From NCBI GenBank assembly GCA_019232665.1, contig JAFANN010000320.1:1-44604 (forward strand): a stretch of 44,604 nucleotides of DNA. Reading direction: 5' to 3'. The first letter of the stretch is position 1; the number at the start of each line of letters is the position of its first letter. Below, in pieces: positions 16,839-27,291 of this stretch. The notes under the pieces are model-generated. The model did no database searches. It was given only the letters and a program-made list of their open reading frames with translations, and was not told where the DNA came from. The DNA comes from Caulobacteraceae bacterium (GTDB lineage Bacteria; Pseudomonadota; Alphaproteobacteria; Caulobacterales; Caulobacteraceae). Position numbers and translations under genes: made by a program.

Positions 16839-17870
16839 TCACTGGGGCAGCTTGATCGTGGTCGTGGTCTCGTCCTTGGGAACGCCGCCAAGGCCCACAA
16901 GGTCGCGGGCGGTGGTCGAGTTCCGATAGGCGCGGTCGCGGTCGGCCTTTTCGACGTCGTGATCGAATTTCGCGCGGCGGTCCGGCGCGATGTCGTCGAG
17001 GTGGGGAGCCGCGCCGATCGCCGCTCCGAAACGCTGGTCGCAATGCGCCCGCTCCACCGAGGACAGCCCCACGGCCTGGGCGTTCGCGCAGCCCACCAGG
17101 CTGCCGCGCAGGCCAGGCCCCCCGTTGGGCAGGACTCCCCCAGGGTAGGGAACCAGGCCCTGGAGGCGTGAACCGCCGCCCCCGCCGCCTTGCGCCGCGC
17201 CTCCGCCAGGCGCCTCCGCCTGGCGTCCGCCCGGAGGCGGCTGATTGGGGGAGGGGGCCATGGGCAGGGTCGGCACCCCAGCCGGCGCCTCCTTCTCCGA
17301 CTTGTGGATGTTCAGGTGAGGCGCTTGCGGTCCAGGCGCCGTGGCGGGCGCCTGGACGGCGGCAGGCTTGGGCGGGGCGGCGGGCGCTGCGGGCGTCGGA
17401 GCTGGCGTCGGAGCCGGAGCCGGCTCGGGGACGAACTCGGGAATCGCGTTGGGATTGAGGCTCACGCGCGGCGGCTGGCGCGCGACGAGCGGCGCGGCGC
17501 GAGGCGCTTCAACGGTCGGCGTCGGCCGGGCGATGATCGGCGCGGGCGGACTGGGGACCGGCGCAGGCGGGGCAGGGGTGGGCTGGGTGACGGGAGGCTG
17601 GGGCTTCGGCGGAGTCGGCTGAGGCGTCGGCTGCGCTGCAGCGGGGGGGACAGGCTTGGTCGCAGGTGTCTCGGGGATCGGCGGCAGGCGCTCGGGCGGG
17701 ATGATCTGCTCGGGCGGCGTGATCTCCACTTCCATGGGCGGCTGGGGCGGCTGCGGCAGCTGGTATTCGCCCACGCCCTGGACCAGGAACACCGCCAGGG
17801 CGAGGAGGTGAACCATGGCCGAGGCGGCGAACGCCACGACGTTGCGCAAGGATCGACGTCGGCCGGTCAA
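16839..17870 (-). CDS. Membrane-anchored proline-rich (TonB/TolA-like architecture) hypothetical protein
   Basis: N-terminal TM with SAMVHL (TonB-like SxxxH), a long Pro/Ala-rich linker and a small C-terminal domain with two Cys (GCANA..ERAHCDQRFG). Confidence 0.65.
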   Translation of the reverse strand: MTGRRRSLRNVVAFAASAMVHLLALAVFLVQGVGEYQLPQPPQPPMEVEITPPEQIIPPERLPPIPETPATKPVPPAAAQPTPQPTPPKPQPPVTQPTPAPPAPVPSPPAPIIARPTPTVEAPRAAPLVARQPPRVSLNPNAIPEFVPEPAPAPTPAPTPAAPAAPPKPAAVQAPATAPGPQAPHLNIHKSEKEAPAGVPTLPMAPSPNQPPPGGRQAEAPGGGAAQGGGGGGSRLQGLVPYPGGVLPNGGPGLRGSLVGCANAQAVGLSSVERAHCDQRFGAAIGAAPHLDDIAPDRRAKFDHDVEKADRDRAYRNSTTARDLVGLGGVPKDETTTTIKLPQ

Positions 17871-17989
17871 CAGAAGAGAGTCCTCGCCGGCTCCGTCGTC
17901 CCTCGGTCAGGGAGCCGCCAGCGTGGGGCCAAGTCAAGGCGCCGGGCCGGGCGAGATCGCGACCGAGTTCCGCAGGCGGAAGGTCGGCC

Positions 17990-18019
17990 TTGACGCTGCG
18001 GCCACCCTCGTTTAGAGAC
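17990..18019 (+). promoter_or_regulatory. Putative housekeeping promoter of the S10 operon
   Basis: TTGACG-N17-TAGAGAC, resembling Caulobacter-type sigma70 promoters, about 250 nt upstream of rpsJ. Confidence 0.5.
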
Positions 18020-18024
18020 CGCGC

Positions 18025-18269
18025 TTCCGATTGAGCCGGCTGTGCCGCGCGGGGCCCGCCCCGCAAGGCAGACGCGGTTCGCAAGACGGAACGGGCCTTC
18101 GCGGTCCGGTTAACGGCCCTCGCGGGACACTCCGCGCGGGCCATTCGTTTTTGCGGGCAGTCGCGTTCGTCCAGCCGGGCCTCAGTCGAGGATCGGCGGG
18201 GCCGGTCTTTGACAAGGCGGATGTGAGCGCGGGGCCTCAAGCCTCGAGGGAAAGTCGAAGTAGAGCGAT
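18025..18269 (+). promoter_or_regulatory. Structured 5' leader of rpsJ (multiple hairpins, terminator-like stem, boxA-like motif)
   Basis: Nested pairings at 18025-18091, a hairpin at 18092-18108, a GC stem at 18115-18142 followed by ATTCGTTTTT, and GGTCTTTGACAA at 18204-18215. Confidence 0.55.
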
Positions 18270-18578
18270 ATGGATCGTCAGAACATCCGCATCAGGCTCA
18301 AGGCCTTCGATCACCGGGTCCTGGATCACTCCACCCGGGAGATCGTGAACACCGCCAAGCGCACCGGCGCCACCGTGCGCGGCCCGATTCCGCTGCCGAC
18401 GCTGATCGAGCGCTTCACCGTCAACCGCTCGCCGCACATCGACAAGAAGTCGCGCGAACAGTTCGAGATCCGCACCCACAAGCGGGTGCTGGATATCGTC
18501 GACCCGACCCCCCAGACCGTCGACGCCCTGATGAAGCTCGACCTGTCGGCCGGTGTCGACGTCGAGATCAAGCTCTAA
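18270..18578 (+). CDS. rpsJ: 30S ribosomal protein S10 (NusE)
   Basis: [35 protein letters not shown]. Confidence 0.99.
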   Translation: MDRQNIRIRLKAFDHRVLDHSTREIVNTAKRTGATVRGPIPLPTLIERFTVNRSPHIDKKSREQFEIRTHKRVLDIVDPTPQTVDALMKLDLSAGVDVEIKL

Positions 18579-18588
18579 GGGGGCGACC

Positions 18589-19338
18589 ATGCGTACCGGA
18601 GTCATCGCCCGCAAGCTCGGCATGACCCGCCTCTTCGACGAGGCGGGGACCCACGTGCCCGTGACCGTGCTCAGCCTCGACGGCTGCCAGGTCACCGGCC
18701 AGCGCACCAAGGACCGCGACGGCTACGTCGCCCTCCAGCTGGGCGCCGGCGCCAAGAAGGCCAAGAACACCATCCAGGCCCAGCGCGGGCAGTTCGCCAA
18801 GGCGCTCGTCGAGCCCAAGCGCTGCATCGCGGAATTCCGGGTCACCGAGGACAACCTGATCGACGTGGGCGCGGAGCTGACCGCCGACCACTTCGTCGCC
18901 GGCCAGAAGGTCGACGTCTCCGGCGTGACCGTCGGTAAGGGTTTCGCCGGCGCGATGAAGCGCTGGAACTTCGGCGGGCTGCGCGCCACCCACGGCGTGT
19001 CCGTGTCGCACCGCTCCCACGGATCAACTGGCCAGCGCCAGGATCCGGGCAAGGTGTTCAAGGGCAAGAAGATGGCTGGCCACATGGGCCAGGAGAAAGT
19101 CACCACGCTCAACCTGACGATCCACCGGGTGGATGTCGAGCGCGGCCTGATCCTGGTGCGCGGCGCAGTGCCGGGCGCCCAGGGCTCGTTCGTCAAGATC
19201 CGCGACGCGATCAAGATCGCCGCGCCGGCCGATGCGCCGCGTCCCGGCGCGTTCCGCGCAAGGACGTCCGAGGCTCCTGCCGCCGAGACGCCCGCCCCCG
19301 AAGCGCCGGCCGCCGACGCCAGCGAGACCGAGGCCTGA
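18589..19338 (+). CDS. rplC: 50S ribosomal protein L3
   Basis: [45 protein letters not shown]. Start set at the ATG after the rpsJ stop. Confidence 0.99.
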   Translation: MRTGVIARKLGMTRLFDEAGTHVPVTVLSLDGCQVTGQRTKDRDGYVALQLGAGAKKAKNTIQAQRGQFAKALVEPKRCIAEFRVTEDNLIDVGAELTADHFVAGQKVDVSGVTVGKGFAGAMKRWNFGGLRATHGVSVSHRSHGSTGQRQDPGKVFKGKKMAGHMGQEKVTTLNLTIHRVDVERGLILVRGAVPGAQGSFVKIRDAIKIAAPADAPRPGAFRARTSEAPAAETPAPEAPAADASETEA

Positions 19339-19339
19339 C

Positions 19340-19978
19340 ATGAAGATCGACGTCATCACCCTCGACGGCGGGTCCGGCAAGGCGCTGGAACTGCGCGACG
19401 ATATCTTCGGCATCGACGACATCCGCGCCGACATCCTGCACCGCTGCGTCACCTGGCAACTCGCCAAGCGCCGCGCCGGCACGCACAAGATCCAGGTCCG
19501 TAACGAGGTTTCGCGTACGGGCAAGAAGATGTACCGGCAGAAGGGCACCGGCGGCGCCCGGCACGGTTCGCGCCGTGCGGCTCAGTTCGTCGGCGGCGCC
19601 AAGGCGCACGGTCCTGTCGTCCGCAGCCACGCCTTCGACCTTCCCAAGAAGGTCCGCGCTCTGGCCCTGCGCTACGCCCTGTCCTCCAAGGCCAAGTCCG
19701 GCGCCCTTGTGGTTCTCGAAGACGCACGGCTGGACGAACCCAAGACGGCGACCCTGCGCGGCCGCTTCGCCAGCCTGGGTCTCAAGAACGCCCTGATCAT
19801 CGCCGGGCCCGAGGTGGACGCGAACTTCAAGCTGGCAGCCCGCAACATCCCGGACGTGGACGTGCTGCCGAACGCCGGTCTCAACGTCTACGACGTGCTG
19901 CGCCGCCACACCCTGGTCCTCACCCGCGCGGCCGTCGAAGCCATCGAGGCCCGCTTCGAAGCGAAGGAAGCCGCGTGA
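19340..19978 (+). CDS. rplD: 50S ribosomal protein L4
   Basis: [31 protein letters not shown]. Confidence 0.99.
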   Translation: MKIDVITLDGGSGKALELRDDIFGIDDIRADILHRCVTWQLAKRRAGTHKIQVRNEVSRTGKKMYRQKGTGGARHGSRRAAQFVGGAKAHGPVVRSHAFDLPKKVRALALRYALSSKAKSGALVVLEDARLDEPKTATLRGRFASLGLKNALIIAGPEVDANFKLAARNIPDVDVLPNAGLNVYDVLRRHTLVLTRAAVEAIEARFEAKEAA

Positions 19979-20274
19979 TGGCCGCCACAGCTCGTCACTA
20001 CGACACGATCCTGGCGCCGCTCATCACTGAGAAGGCGACCCAGCTCTCCGACCAGAACAAGCTGGTCTTCAAGGTCGCCCTGGACGCGACCAAGGAAGAG
20101 ATCGCCCAGGCGGTCGAGGAGCTGTTCAAGGTCAATGTCGTGAAGGTCAACACCTTGATTCAGAAGGGCAAGACCAAGCGCTTCCGCGGCCGTCCAGGCC
20201 AGCGGTCGGACATCAAGAAGGCCATCGTGACGCTGCGCGAGGGCCAGTCCATCGACATCACGACGGGGCTCTGA
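19978..20274 (+). CDS. rplW: 50S ribosomal protein L23
   Basis: PLITEKA, KKAIVTL; TGATG coupling with rplD. Confidence 0.98.
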   Translation: MAATARHYDTILAPLITEKATQLSDQNKLVFKVALDATKEEIAQAVEELFKVNVVKVNTLIQKGKTKRFRGRPGQRSDIKKAIVTLREGQSIDITTGL

Positions 20275-20284
20275 GGGTAGGGTC

Positions 20285-21121
20285 ATGGCTCTGAAGAATT
20301 TCAATCCGACCTCGCCCTCGCGTCGCGGGCTGGTGCTGGTCGACCGCTCCGAGCTGCACAAGGGCCGGCCCGAGAAGTCCCTCGTAGAGGGATTGACCAA
20401 GTCGGGCGGACGCGGCGGCGGCGGGCGCATCTCCACGCGCTTCCGCGGCGGCGGCGCCAAGCGGCTGTACCGCGTCGTGGACTTCAAGCGGCGCAAGTGG
20501 GGCGTCCCCGCGACCGTCGAGCGTCTGGAGTACGATCCCAACCGGACCGCCTTCATCGCCCTGGTGCGCTACGCTGACGGCGAACTCGCCTACATCCTCG
20601 CCCCGCAGCGCCTGAAGGTCGGCGACGAGGTCGTGGCGAACGAGCGCGTGGACGTGAAGCCCGGTAACGCTTCGCCCCTGCGCAGCCTCCCGGTCGGCAC
20701 GATCATCCACAATGTCGAGCTCAAGCCGCTGAAGGGCGGTCAGATCGCCCGCAGCGCCGGCGCGTACGCCCAGCTGGTCGGCCGTGACGCAGGCTACGCC
20801 CAGATCCGCCTGAACTCGGGCGAGCTTCGCATGGTGCCCGACAGCTGCATGGCCACGATCGGCGCGGTGTCGAACCCGGACCACATGAACGAGGTCCTCG
20901 GGAAGGCCGGCCGCGTCCGCCACAAGGGCCGTCGCCCGCACGTCCGCGGCGTCGCCATGAACCCGATCGACCACCCGCACGGCGGCGGCGAAGGCCGCAC
21001 CTCGGGCGGCCGTCACCCCGTCACTCCGTGGGGCAAACCCACCAAGGGTCGCAAAACCCGCACCAACAAGGCGACGGACAAGCTCATCATCCGTTCGCGC
21101 CACGTCAGGAAGGCCCGCTGA
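20285..21121 (+). CDS. rplB: 50S ribosomal protein L2
   Basis: [30 protein letters not shown]. Confidence 0.99.
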   Translation: MALKNFNPTSPSRRGLVLVDRSELHKGRPEKSLVEGLTKSGGRGGGGRISTRFRGGGAKRLYRVVDFKRRKWGVPATVERLEYDPNRTAFIALVRYADGELAYILAPQRLKVGDEVVANERVDVKPGNASPLRSLPVGTIIHNVELKPLKGGQIARSAGAYAQLVGRDAGYAQIRLNSGELRMVPDSCMATIGAVSNPDHMNEVLGKAGRVRHKGRRPHVRGVAMNPIDHPHGGGEGRTSGGRHPVTPWGKPTKGRKTRTNKATDKLIIRSRHVRKAR

Positions 21122-21399
21122 TGACCCGTTCCGTATGGAAAGGCCCGTTCGTCGACGGCTATCTGCTCGACAAGGCGGAAGCCGCCCAATCGTCGGGCCG
21201 CAAGGACGTGATCAAGACCTGGTCGCGCCGCTCGACGATCATGCCGCAGTTCGTGGGCCTCACCTTCGGCGTCCACAATGGCCAGAAGCACGTCCCCGTC
21301 CTCGTCTCCGAGGACATGGTGGGCATGAAGCTCGGGGAGTTCGCTCCCACGCGCTACTTCCCCGGCCACGCCGCCGACAAGAAGGCCAAGAGGAAGTAG
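21121..21399 (+). CDS. rpsS: 30S ribosomal protein S19
   Basis: [28 protein letters not shown]; TGATG coupling. Confidence 0.99.
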   Translation: MTRSVWKGPFVDGYLLDKAEAAQSSGRKDVIKTWSRRSTIMPQFVGLTFGVHNGQKHVPVLVSEDMVGMKLGEFAPTRYFPGHAADKKAKRK

Positions 21400-21400
21400 C

Positions 21401-21781
21401 ATGGGCAAGTCCGTCAATCCGCGCCGCGTTGGCGCCGATTCCGCGATGAGCAAGGTGCGCACGCTGCGCACCAGCGCGCGCAAGCTGAACCTCGTCGCCC
21501 AGTCCATCCGTGGGCTGAAGGTGCAGCGCGCCCTCAACGAGCTGGAATTCAGCCCCAAGCGCATCGCCGCCGACGTGCGCAAGGCCCTCTACTCGGCGAT
21601 CTCGAACGCCGAGAACAACCACGGCCTGGACATCGACAACCTGGTGGTCGCCGAAGCCTATGTCGGCCGCAACCTGGTCATGAAGCGCTTCTCCGCACGC
21701 GCCCGTGGGCGTTCGTCGCGCATCGAGAAGCCGTTCTCGGAGATCACCATCGTGGTTCGTGAACTGGGCGAGGTCGCCTGA
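21401..21781 (+). CDS. rplV: 50S ribosomal protein L22
   Basis: [24 protein letters not shown]. Confidence 0.98.
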   Translation: MGKSVNPRRVGADSAMSKVRTLRTSARKLNLVAQSIRGLKVQRALNELEFSPKRIAADVRKALYSAISNAENNHGLDIDNLVVAEAYVGRNLVMKRFSARARGRSSRIEKPFSEITIVVRELGEVA

Positions 21782-22539
21782 TGGGTCAGAAAGTCAATCC
21801 AGTCGGTCTGCGGCTCGGCATCAACCGGACCTGGGACAGCCGCTGGTTCGCGAGCGGGCACGATTATTCGCGCCTGCTGCACGACGACCTGAAGCTGCGC
21901 AAGGAGCTTAAGAGGCGCCTGCAGCAAGCGGGAGTGTCGCGCATCCTGATCGAGCGTCCGCACAAGAAGTGCCGCGTGACCATCTATGCCGCACGCCCGG
22001 GCGTGATCATCGGCAAGAAGGGCGCCGACATCGAGAAGCTCCGTTCGGACCTCTCGAAGATGACCGAGGGCGATGTCCACCTGAACATCGTCGAGGTGCG
22101 CAAGCCCGAGACCGACGCGCAGCTGGTGGCCGAGAACATCGCCCAGCAGCTCGAGCGCCGGATCGCCTTCCGCCGCGCGATGAAGCGCTCGATGCAGTCG
22201 GCCATGCGCCTAGGCGCCAAGGGTGTCCGCGTCGAGGTGGCCGGCCGTCTGGGCGGCGCCGAGATCGCTCGCGCCGAGTCCTATCACGAGGGCCGGGTGC
22301 CGCGTCACACGCTGCGCGCCGACATCGACTACGGTTTCGCCGAAGCGAAGACGACCTACGGGATCATCGGCGTGAAGACCTGGATCTTCAAAGGCGAGGT
22401 CCTCGAGCACGACCCGATGGCGCTGGACAAGCGCCTGGCCAGCGAGACCGGCGCAGCCGGCGAGGGCCCGGGACGAGACCGCGGCGAACGCGGGGAGCGG
22501 GGCCCGCGCCGGGAACGGCGCGAAGCGCCGGCGGCCTGA
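21781..22539 (+). CDS. rpsC: 30S ribosomal protein S3
   Basis: [42 protein letters not shown]. Confidence 0.99.
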   Translation: MGQKVNPVGLRLGINRTWDSRWFASGHDYSRLLHDDLKLRKELKRRLQQAGVSRILIERPHKKCRVTIYAARPGVIIGKKGADIEKLRSDLSKMTEGDVHLNIVEVRKPETDAQLVAENIAQQLERRIAFRRAMKRSMQSAMRLGAKGVRVEVAGRLGGAEIARAESYHEGRVPRHTLRADIDYGFAEAKTTYGIIGVKTWIFKGEVLEHDPMALDKRLASETGAAGEGPGRDRGERGERGPRRERREAPAA

Positions 22540-22555
22540 GCTTAAGGGTTAGATC

Positions 22556-22987
22556 ATGCTGTCCCCGAAGAAGACGAAGTACCGCAAGCAGTTCAAGGGC
22601 CGCATCCATGGCATGTCCAAGGGTGGCTTCACGCTGAACTTTGGCTCGCACGGCCTCAAGTCGCTGCAGCCCGAGCGCGTCACCGCGCGCCAGATCGAAG
22701 CCGCCCGGCGGGCGATCACCCGCCAGATGAAGCGTCAGGGCCGGGTGTGGATCCGGATCTTCCCGGACGTCCCGGTCAGCGACAAGCCGGCCGAAGTCCG
22801 CATGGGCAAGGGCAAGGGCGCGATCGAGTACTGGGCCGCGCGCGTCGCGCCGGGCCGGATCATGTTCGAGGTGGACGGCGTGCCAGACGACGTCGCGCGC
22901 GAAGCCCTGCGCCTTGGCGCGGCCAAGCTGCCGGTCAAGACGCGCATCGTCACCCGTATCGGCGAAGCCGCGGTCGAGGCTGCGTAA
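22556..22987 (+). CDS. rplP: 50S ribosomal protein L16
   Basis: [26 protein letters not shown]. Confidence 0.99.
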   Translation: MLSPKKTKYRKQFKGRIHGMSKGGFTLNFGSHGLKSLQPERVTARQIEAARRAITRQMKRQGRVWIRIFPDVPVSDKPAEVRMGKGKGAIEYWAARVAPGRIMFEVDGVPDDVAREALRLGAAKLPVKTRIVTRIGEAAVEAA

Positions 22988-22991
22988 GACC

Positions 22992-23186
22992 ATGAAGATC
23001 GATGACGTCCGCCGCATGAGCGCCGACGAGCTCTCCGACGAGCTGCTGTCGCTCAAGAAGGAACAGTTCAACCTGCGTTTCCAGGCCGCCACCGGGCAGC
23101 TCGAAAAGACGCACCGGGCCCAGGAAGTCCGCCGGGACATCGCCCGCATCAAGACCGTGATGCGCGCGAAGTCGGCGAACGCCTGA
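22992..23186 (+). CDS. rpmC: 50S ribosomal protein L29
   Basis: [27 protein letters not shown]. Confidence 0.98.
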   Translation: MKIDDVRRMSADELSDELLSLKKEQFNLRFQAATGQLEKTHRAQEVRRDIARIKTVMRAKSANA

Positions 23187-23205
23187 GTCAGCAGAGAAGA
23201 TCGAG

Positions 23206-23457
23206 ATGCCCAAGCGAATCCTCGAAGGCGTGGTGGTCTCCGACAAGGAGAACAAGACGGTGATCGTGCGCGTCGAGCGCACCTTCCTGCACCCGCTGCT
23301 CAAGAAGACCGTGCGCCGCTCCAAGCGCTACCACGCCCATGACGAGACCAACTCGTACCATGAAGGCGAGATCGCTCGGATCATCGAGTGCGCGCCCAAG
23401 TCCAAGCTCAAGACGTGGGAGGTCCTGCCGAAGGACGCCTCCCCGACCGGCGCCTGA
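23206..23457 (+). CDS. rpsQ: 30S ribosomal protein S17
   Basis: [26 protein letters not shown]. Confidence 0.98.
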   Translation: MPKRILEGVVVSDKENKTVIVRVERTFLHPLLKKTVRRSKRYHAHDETNSYHEGEIARIIECAPKSKLKTWEVLPKDASPTGA

Positions 23458-23472
23458 GGGAGCGGCTGAACC

Positions 23473-23841
23473 ATGATTCAGATGCAGACCAACCTCGAGG
23501 TCGCCGACAACTCCGGCGCGCGCCGGGTGATGTGCGTGAAGGTCCTCGGCGGCGCCAAGCGCCGCTACGCCGGCGTGGGCGACAAGATCGTCGTCTCCGT
23601 CAAGGAAGCGATCCCGCGCGGCCGCGTGAAGAAGGGCGACGTCCTGCAGGCGATCGTCGTGCGCACCAGCTCGGCGATCAAGCGCCGCGACGGCTCGATC
23701 ATCCGCTTCGACAAGAACGCGGCGGTGATCGTGAACAAGCAGTCGGAGCCGATCGGCACGCGCATCTTCGGACCCGTGCCGCGCGAGCTCCGGGCGAAGA
23801 ACCACATGAAAATCATCTCCCTCGCCCCCGAGGTGCTGTGA
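23473..23841 (+). CDS. rplN: 50S ribosomal protein L14
   Basis: [30 protein letters not shown]. Confidence 0.99.
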   Translation: MIQMQTNLEVADNSGARRVMCVKVLGGAKRRYAGVGDKIVVSVKEAIPRGRVKKGDVLQAIVVRTSSAIKRRDGSIIRFDKNAAVIVNKQSEPIGTRIFGPVPRELRAKNHMKIISLAPEVL

Positions 23842-24155
23842 TGGCTGCGAAGATCAAGAAGGGCGACCGGGTGATCCTGATCGCCGGCAAGGACAAGGGC
23901 CGCACCGGCGTGGTCGAGCAGGTCATGCCGAAGGAGGACCGCGTGATCGTGGGCGGCCTCAACCTGGTGCAGCGCCATACGCGTCCGACCCAAGGCGATC
24001 CGCAGGGCGGCATCAAGACCAAGGCCGCGAGCATCCATGTGTCCAACGTCGCCCTGGTCGACAGCAACGGAAAGCCGACCCGCGTCGGATTCCGCGTCGA
24101 GGGCGAGAAGAAGGTGAGGGTGGCCAAGTCCACCGGCGAGGTCGTCAATGGCTGA
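23841..24155 (+). CDS. rplX: 50S ribosomal protein L24
   Basis: KOW motif [23 protein letters not shown]; TGATG coupling. Confidence 0.98.
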   Translation: MAAKIKKGDRVILIAGKDKGRTGVVEQVMPKEDRVIVGGLNLVQRHTRPTQGDPQGGIKTKAASIHVSNVALVDSNGKPTRVGFRVEGEKKVRVAKSTGEVVNG

Positions 24156-24720
24156 GACCGAAACCGCGTACGAACCGCGGATGAAGACCGAATATCGCCA
24201 GCGCATCCGCAAGGCGATGAAGGACAAGTTCGCCTACACCAACGAGATGCAGATCCCGAAGATCGACAAGATCGTCGTGAACATGGGCATCGGCGAAGCC
24301 GTGACGGACTCCAAGAAGGCCGCTTCGGCGATGAAGGACCTCGCCGCGATCACGGGCCAGAAGCCCGTGGCGACCAAGGCGCGCACCTCGATCGCCGGCT
24401 TCAAGCTGCGTGAAGGCATGGTGGTGGGCGCCAAGGTGACCCTGCGCGCCGACCGTATGTACGAGTTCCTGGATCGTCTTATCACCATCGCCCTGCCGCG
24501 GGTGAAGGACTTCCGGGGTCTCAAGCCGACGAGCTTCGACGGCCGTGGCAACTACGCCATGGGTCTGCGCGAACACCTGGTGTTCCCCGAGATCAACTAC
24601 GACGAGATCGACCAGATCTGGGGCATGGACATCATCGTCTGCACCACCGCGAAGTCCGATGAGGAAGCTCGTGAGCTCCTCCGGGAATTCCACTTCCCGT
24701 TCACCCAGGCCCAGGCCTGA
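24148..24720 (+). CDS. rplE: 50S ribosomal protein L5
   Basis: [33 protein letters not shown]. Confidence 0.99.
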   Translation: MAETETAYEPRMKTEYRQRIRKAMKDKFAYTNEMQIPKIDKIVVNMGIGEAVTDSKKAASAMKDLAAITGQKPVATKARTSIAGFKLREGMVVGAKVTLRADRMYEFLDRLITIALPRVKDFRGLKPTSFDGRGNYAMGLREHLVFPEINYDEIDQIWGMDIIVCTTAKSDEEARELLREFHFPFTQAQA

Positions 24721-24747
24721 GCCGAGAACGGGCAAGGAGAACCATTC

Positions 24748-25053
24748 ATGGCCAAGAAGAGCGCCGTCAACCGCAACGAACGCGTCCGCAAGCTGGTGAA
24801 GCAGTTCGCCGCCAAGCGCGCCGCGCTTAAGGCGACCGCCGAGAACGACAACCTCTCCCTCGAGGAGCGGTTCGAGGCTCGTTTGCAGCTCGCCAAGCTG
24901 CCGCGCAACTCCGCGCCGACCCGCATCCGCAACCGCTGCGAGGTGACGGGCCGTCCACGCGCTTTCTACCGGAAGCTGAAGATGAGCCGTATCGCCCTGC
25001 GCGAACTGGGATCTGCCGGGCAGATTCCCGGTCTCGTGAAGTCGAGCTGGTGA
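24748..25053 (+). CDS. rpsN: 30S ribosomal protein S14 (long, Zn-free type)
   Basis: [32 protein letters not shown]; 101 aa. Confidence 0.98.
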   Translation: MAKKSAVNRNERVRKLVKQFAAKRAALKATAENDNLSLEERFEARLQLAKLPRNSAPTRIRNRCEVTGRPRAFYRKLKMSRIALRELGSAGQIPGLVKSSW

Positions 25054-25063
25054 GGAGGGCGAG

Positions 25064-25459
25064 ATGGTGAACGATCCCCTCGGCGATATGATCGCCCGCA
25101 TCCGCAACGCCGCCCAGCGTAAGCGGTCCAAGGTGCTGACGCCCGCTTCGCGGATGCGCGAGCGCGTGCTCGATGTGCTGCTGTCGGAAGGCTACATCCG
25201 CGGCTTCACCCTCGTGCAGGAGCCCGGCGCCTTCCCGCAATTCGAGGTCGAGCTGAAGTACTTCGACGGCCAGCCGGTCATCGCCGAGATCTCTCGCGTG
25301 TCGAAGCCGGGCCGCCGGGTCTATTCGTCGATCGGCGATCTCAAGCCGGTGAAGAACGGCCTGGGCATCTCGATCCTTTCGACGCCCAAGGGCGTGATGT
25401 CGGACACCGCGGCGCGCAGCGCCAACGTGGGCGGCGAAGTCCTCTGTCAGGTGTACTGA
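25064..25459 (+). CDS. rpsH: 30S ribosomal protein S8
   Basis: [27 protein letters not shown]. Confidence 0.99.
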   Translation: MVNDPLGDMIARIRNAAQRKRSKVLTPASRMRERVLDVLLSEGYIRGFTLVQEPGAFPQFEVELKYFDGQPVIAEISRVSKPGRRVYSSIGDLKPVKNGLGISILSTPKGVMSDTAARSANVGGEVLCQVY

Positions 25460-25460
25460 G

Positions 25461-25994
25461 ATGTCCCGGATCGGCAAGAAAGCGATCGCCATCCCCTCTG
25501 GGGTGACCGTCACCCTGCAGGGCCAGACGGTGACCGTGAAGGGGCCGAAGGGCCAGCTGGCCTGGACGGTGAGCGACGAGATCGAAGTGGCCCAGGCCGA
25601 CGGCCAGGTGAGCTTCACCCCTCGGTCGGAGTCCACGCGCGCCAGGGCGATGTGGGGTCTCTCCCGCACCCTGATCAACAACATGGTCGTGGGTGTCACC
25701 AAGGGCTACGAGGAGACCCTCGAGCTCGTCGGCGTCGGCTATCGCGCGGCGATGAAGGGCCAGGCGCTCAACATGCAGCTGGGGTTCTCCCACGAAGTGG
25801 ATGTCCCACCCCCGGCCGGCATCACCTTCGCGGTGCCGCGCCCGGTCGAGATCAAGATCTCGGGCATCGACAAGCAGCTCGTGGGCGAGATCGCCGCCAG
25901 GATCCGCAAGATCCGCCCGCCCGAGCCCTACAAGGGCAAGGGCGTCCGCTACGGCGGCGAGACTGTCCGGCGCAAGGAAGGCAAGAAGAAGTAA
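25461..25994 (+). CDS. rplF: 50S ribosomal protein L6
   Basis: [25 protein letters not shown]. Confidence 0.99.
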   Translation: MSRIGKKAIAIPSGVTVTLQGQTVTVKGPKGQLAWTVSDEIEVAQADGQVSFTPRSESTRARAMWGLSRTLINNMVVGVTKGYEETLELVGVGYRAAMKGQALNMQLGFSHEVDVPPPAGITFAVPRPVEIKISGIDKQLVGEIAARIRKIRPPEPYKGKGVRYGGETVRRKEGKKK

Positions 25995-25995
25995 G

Positions 25996-26355
25996 ATGGC
26001 CCTCTCACCGCGAGACATCACCAAGAAGCGCGCCGAGCGCGTTCGCCGCCGCCTCCGCACGGTGGGCGGCGGTCGTCCGCGCCTGTCGGTCTTCCGTTCG
26101 GCGAAGAACATCTACGCCCAGGTCATTGACGACGAGCGCGGCGTGACCCTGGCGGCGGCCTCCTCGCTCGAAGAGGGCGAGAAGGGTTCGAAGGGTTCGG
26201 ACAAGGCGGCGGCCGCGAAGGTCGGCGCCCTGGTCGCCCAGCGCGCGATCGAGAAGGGCTGCAAGGAGGTCGTCTTCGACCGCGGCGGTTACATCTATCA
26301 CGGCCGGATCAAGGCGCTGGCTGACGCCGCGCGTGAAGCCGGCCTGAACTTCTGA
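25996..26355 (+). CDS. rplR: 50S ribosomal protein L18
   Basis: [30 protein letters not shown]. Confidence 0.99.
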   Translation: MALSPRDITKKRAERVRRRLRTVGGGRPRLSVFRSAKNIYAQVIDDERGVTLAAASSLEEGEKGSKGSDKAAAAKVGALVAQRAIEKGCKEVVFDRGGYIYHGRIKALADAAREAGLNF

Positions 26356-26372
26356 TTTGGAAAGGCTTTAGC

Positions 26373-26972
26373 ATGGCCCGTGGCGAACAGCAGCGCGGCG
26401 GCGGAGAGCGCCGGGACCGGCGCGACCGGAACAAGCCCGAAGAGCGGGCCGATTCCGAAATCGTCGAGAAGCTGGTGCACATCAACCGCGTCGCCGCCAC
26501 GGTGAAGGGCGGCCGGCGCTTCTCCTTCGCCGCCCTTATGGTGGTGGGAGACCAGAAGGGCCGCGTCGGCTTCGGCCACGGCAAGGCTCGCGAGGTCCCC
26601 GAAGCCATCCGGAAGGCGACCGAGGAAGCCAAGAAGTCGATGATCCGCGTGCCGCTGCGCGAATCCCGCACGCTGCACCACGACGGGGCGGGGCGCTGGG
26701 GCGCTGGCAAGATCATGATGCGCGCGGCGCCTCCCGGCACCGGCGTGATCGCCGGTGGTCCGATGCGCGCCGTGCTCGAGACCTTGGGCGTGCAGGACGT
26801 GGTGGCCAAGTCGGTCGGCTCGTCCAACCCCTACAACATGATCCGCGCCACCTTCGAAGCGCTGAAGGAACAGGCCTCGCCCCGCCAGGTGGCGGCCAAG
26901 CGCGGCAAGAAGGTCAGCGACATCGTCGAGCGGCGCTCCGACTCCGCCAGCGGCGAAGCCGTCGAAGCCTGA
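26373..26972 (+). CDS. rpsE: 30S ribosomal protein S5
   Basis: [24 protein letters not shown]. Confidence 0.99.
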   Translation: MARGEQQRGGGERRDRRDRNKPEERADSEIVEKLVHINRVAATVKGGRRFSFAALMVVGDQKGRVGFGHGKAREVPEAIRKATEEAKKSMIRVPLRESRTLHHDGAGRWGAGKIMMRAAPPGTGVIAGGPMRAVLETLGVQDVVAKSVGSSNPYNMIRATFEALKEQASPRQVAAKRGKKVSDIVERRSDSASGEAVEA

Positions 26973-26993
26973 GCCGACCGGGGATTTTAGAAC

Positions 26994-27203
26994 ATGGTAA
27001 AGTCCAAGGCCGAGCCTAAGGCCGCCAAGCTCACCGTCCGCCAGACGGCCAGCCCGATCCGTCGCAAGTTCGACCAGCGCGCCACGCTCGTGGGCCTGGG
27101 CCTGAACCGGATCGGCCGCACCGTGACCCTCGACGACACGCCCGCGATCCGCGGGATGATCGCCAAGGTCGCCCACATGGTCGAAGTCGTTTCGGCCGAA
27201 TAG
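26994..27203 (+). CDS. rpmD: 50S ribosomal protein L30
   Basis: [32 protein letters not shown]. Confidence 0.97.
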   Translation: MVKSKAEPKAAKLTVRQTASPIRRKFDQRATLVGLGLNRIGRTVTLDDTPAIRGMIAKVAHMVEVVSAE

Positions 27204-27211
27204 TCCGCATA

Positions 27212-27291
27212 CCCCCAACGCTCAGGCGAAGGGGGACCCCGTCCTCCGAAGCCTTGGCGTAGGAGGAAGCCGAGTCGGGCGCGAGCCCGGC
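27212..27291 (+). repeat. Three tandem palindromic hairpins (REP-like) between rpmD and rplO
   Basis: CCCCC-AA-CGC-TCAG-GCG-AA-GGGGG; TCCTCC-GAA-GCC-TT-GGC-GTA-GGAGGA; GTCGGGC-GCGA-GCCCGGC. Confidence 0.5.

Noticed and set aside
17340-17760. Short GC-rich repeats resembling a tandem array
   Set aside because: They encode the Pro/Ala linker of the 16839-17870 protein; there is no constant repeat-spacer period, so this is not CRISPR or a VNTR.
8163-17870. Accessory block as a mobile element or genomic island
   Set aside because: No integrase, transposase, tRNA target or flanking direct repeats seen, and the composition looks similar to the host.
18209-18240. Perfect TTGACA as the -35 of an rpsJ promoter
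   Set aside because: No -10-like hexamer at 16-18 nt spacing (GGGCCT region); the boxA reading fits better, though TSS data are needed.
19220-19338. Ala/Pro/Glu-rich tail on L3 (and Arg/Glu-rich extensions on S3 and S5)
   Set aside because: Low-complexity extensions are common in alphaproteobacterial ribosomal proteins.
24748-25053. S14 lacking the four-Cys zinc ribbon
   Set aside because: The long Zn-free S14 is the usual proteobacterial form.
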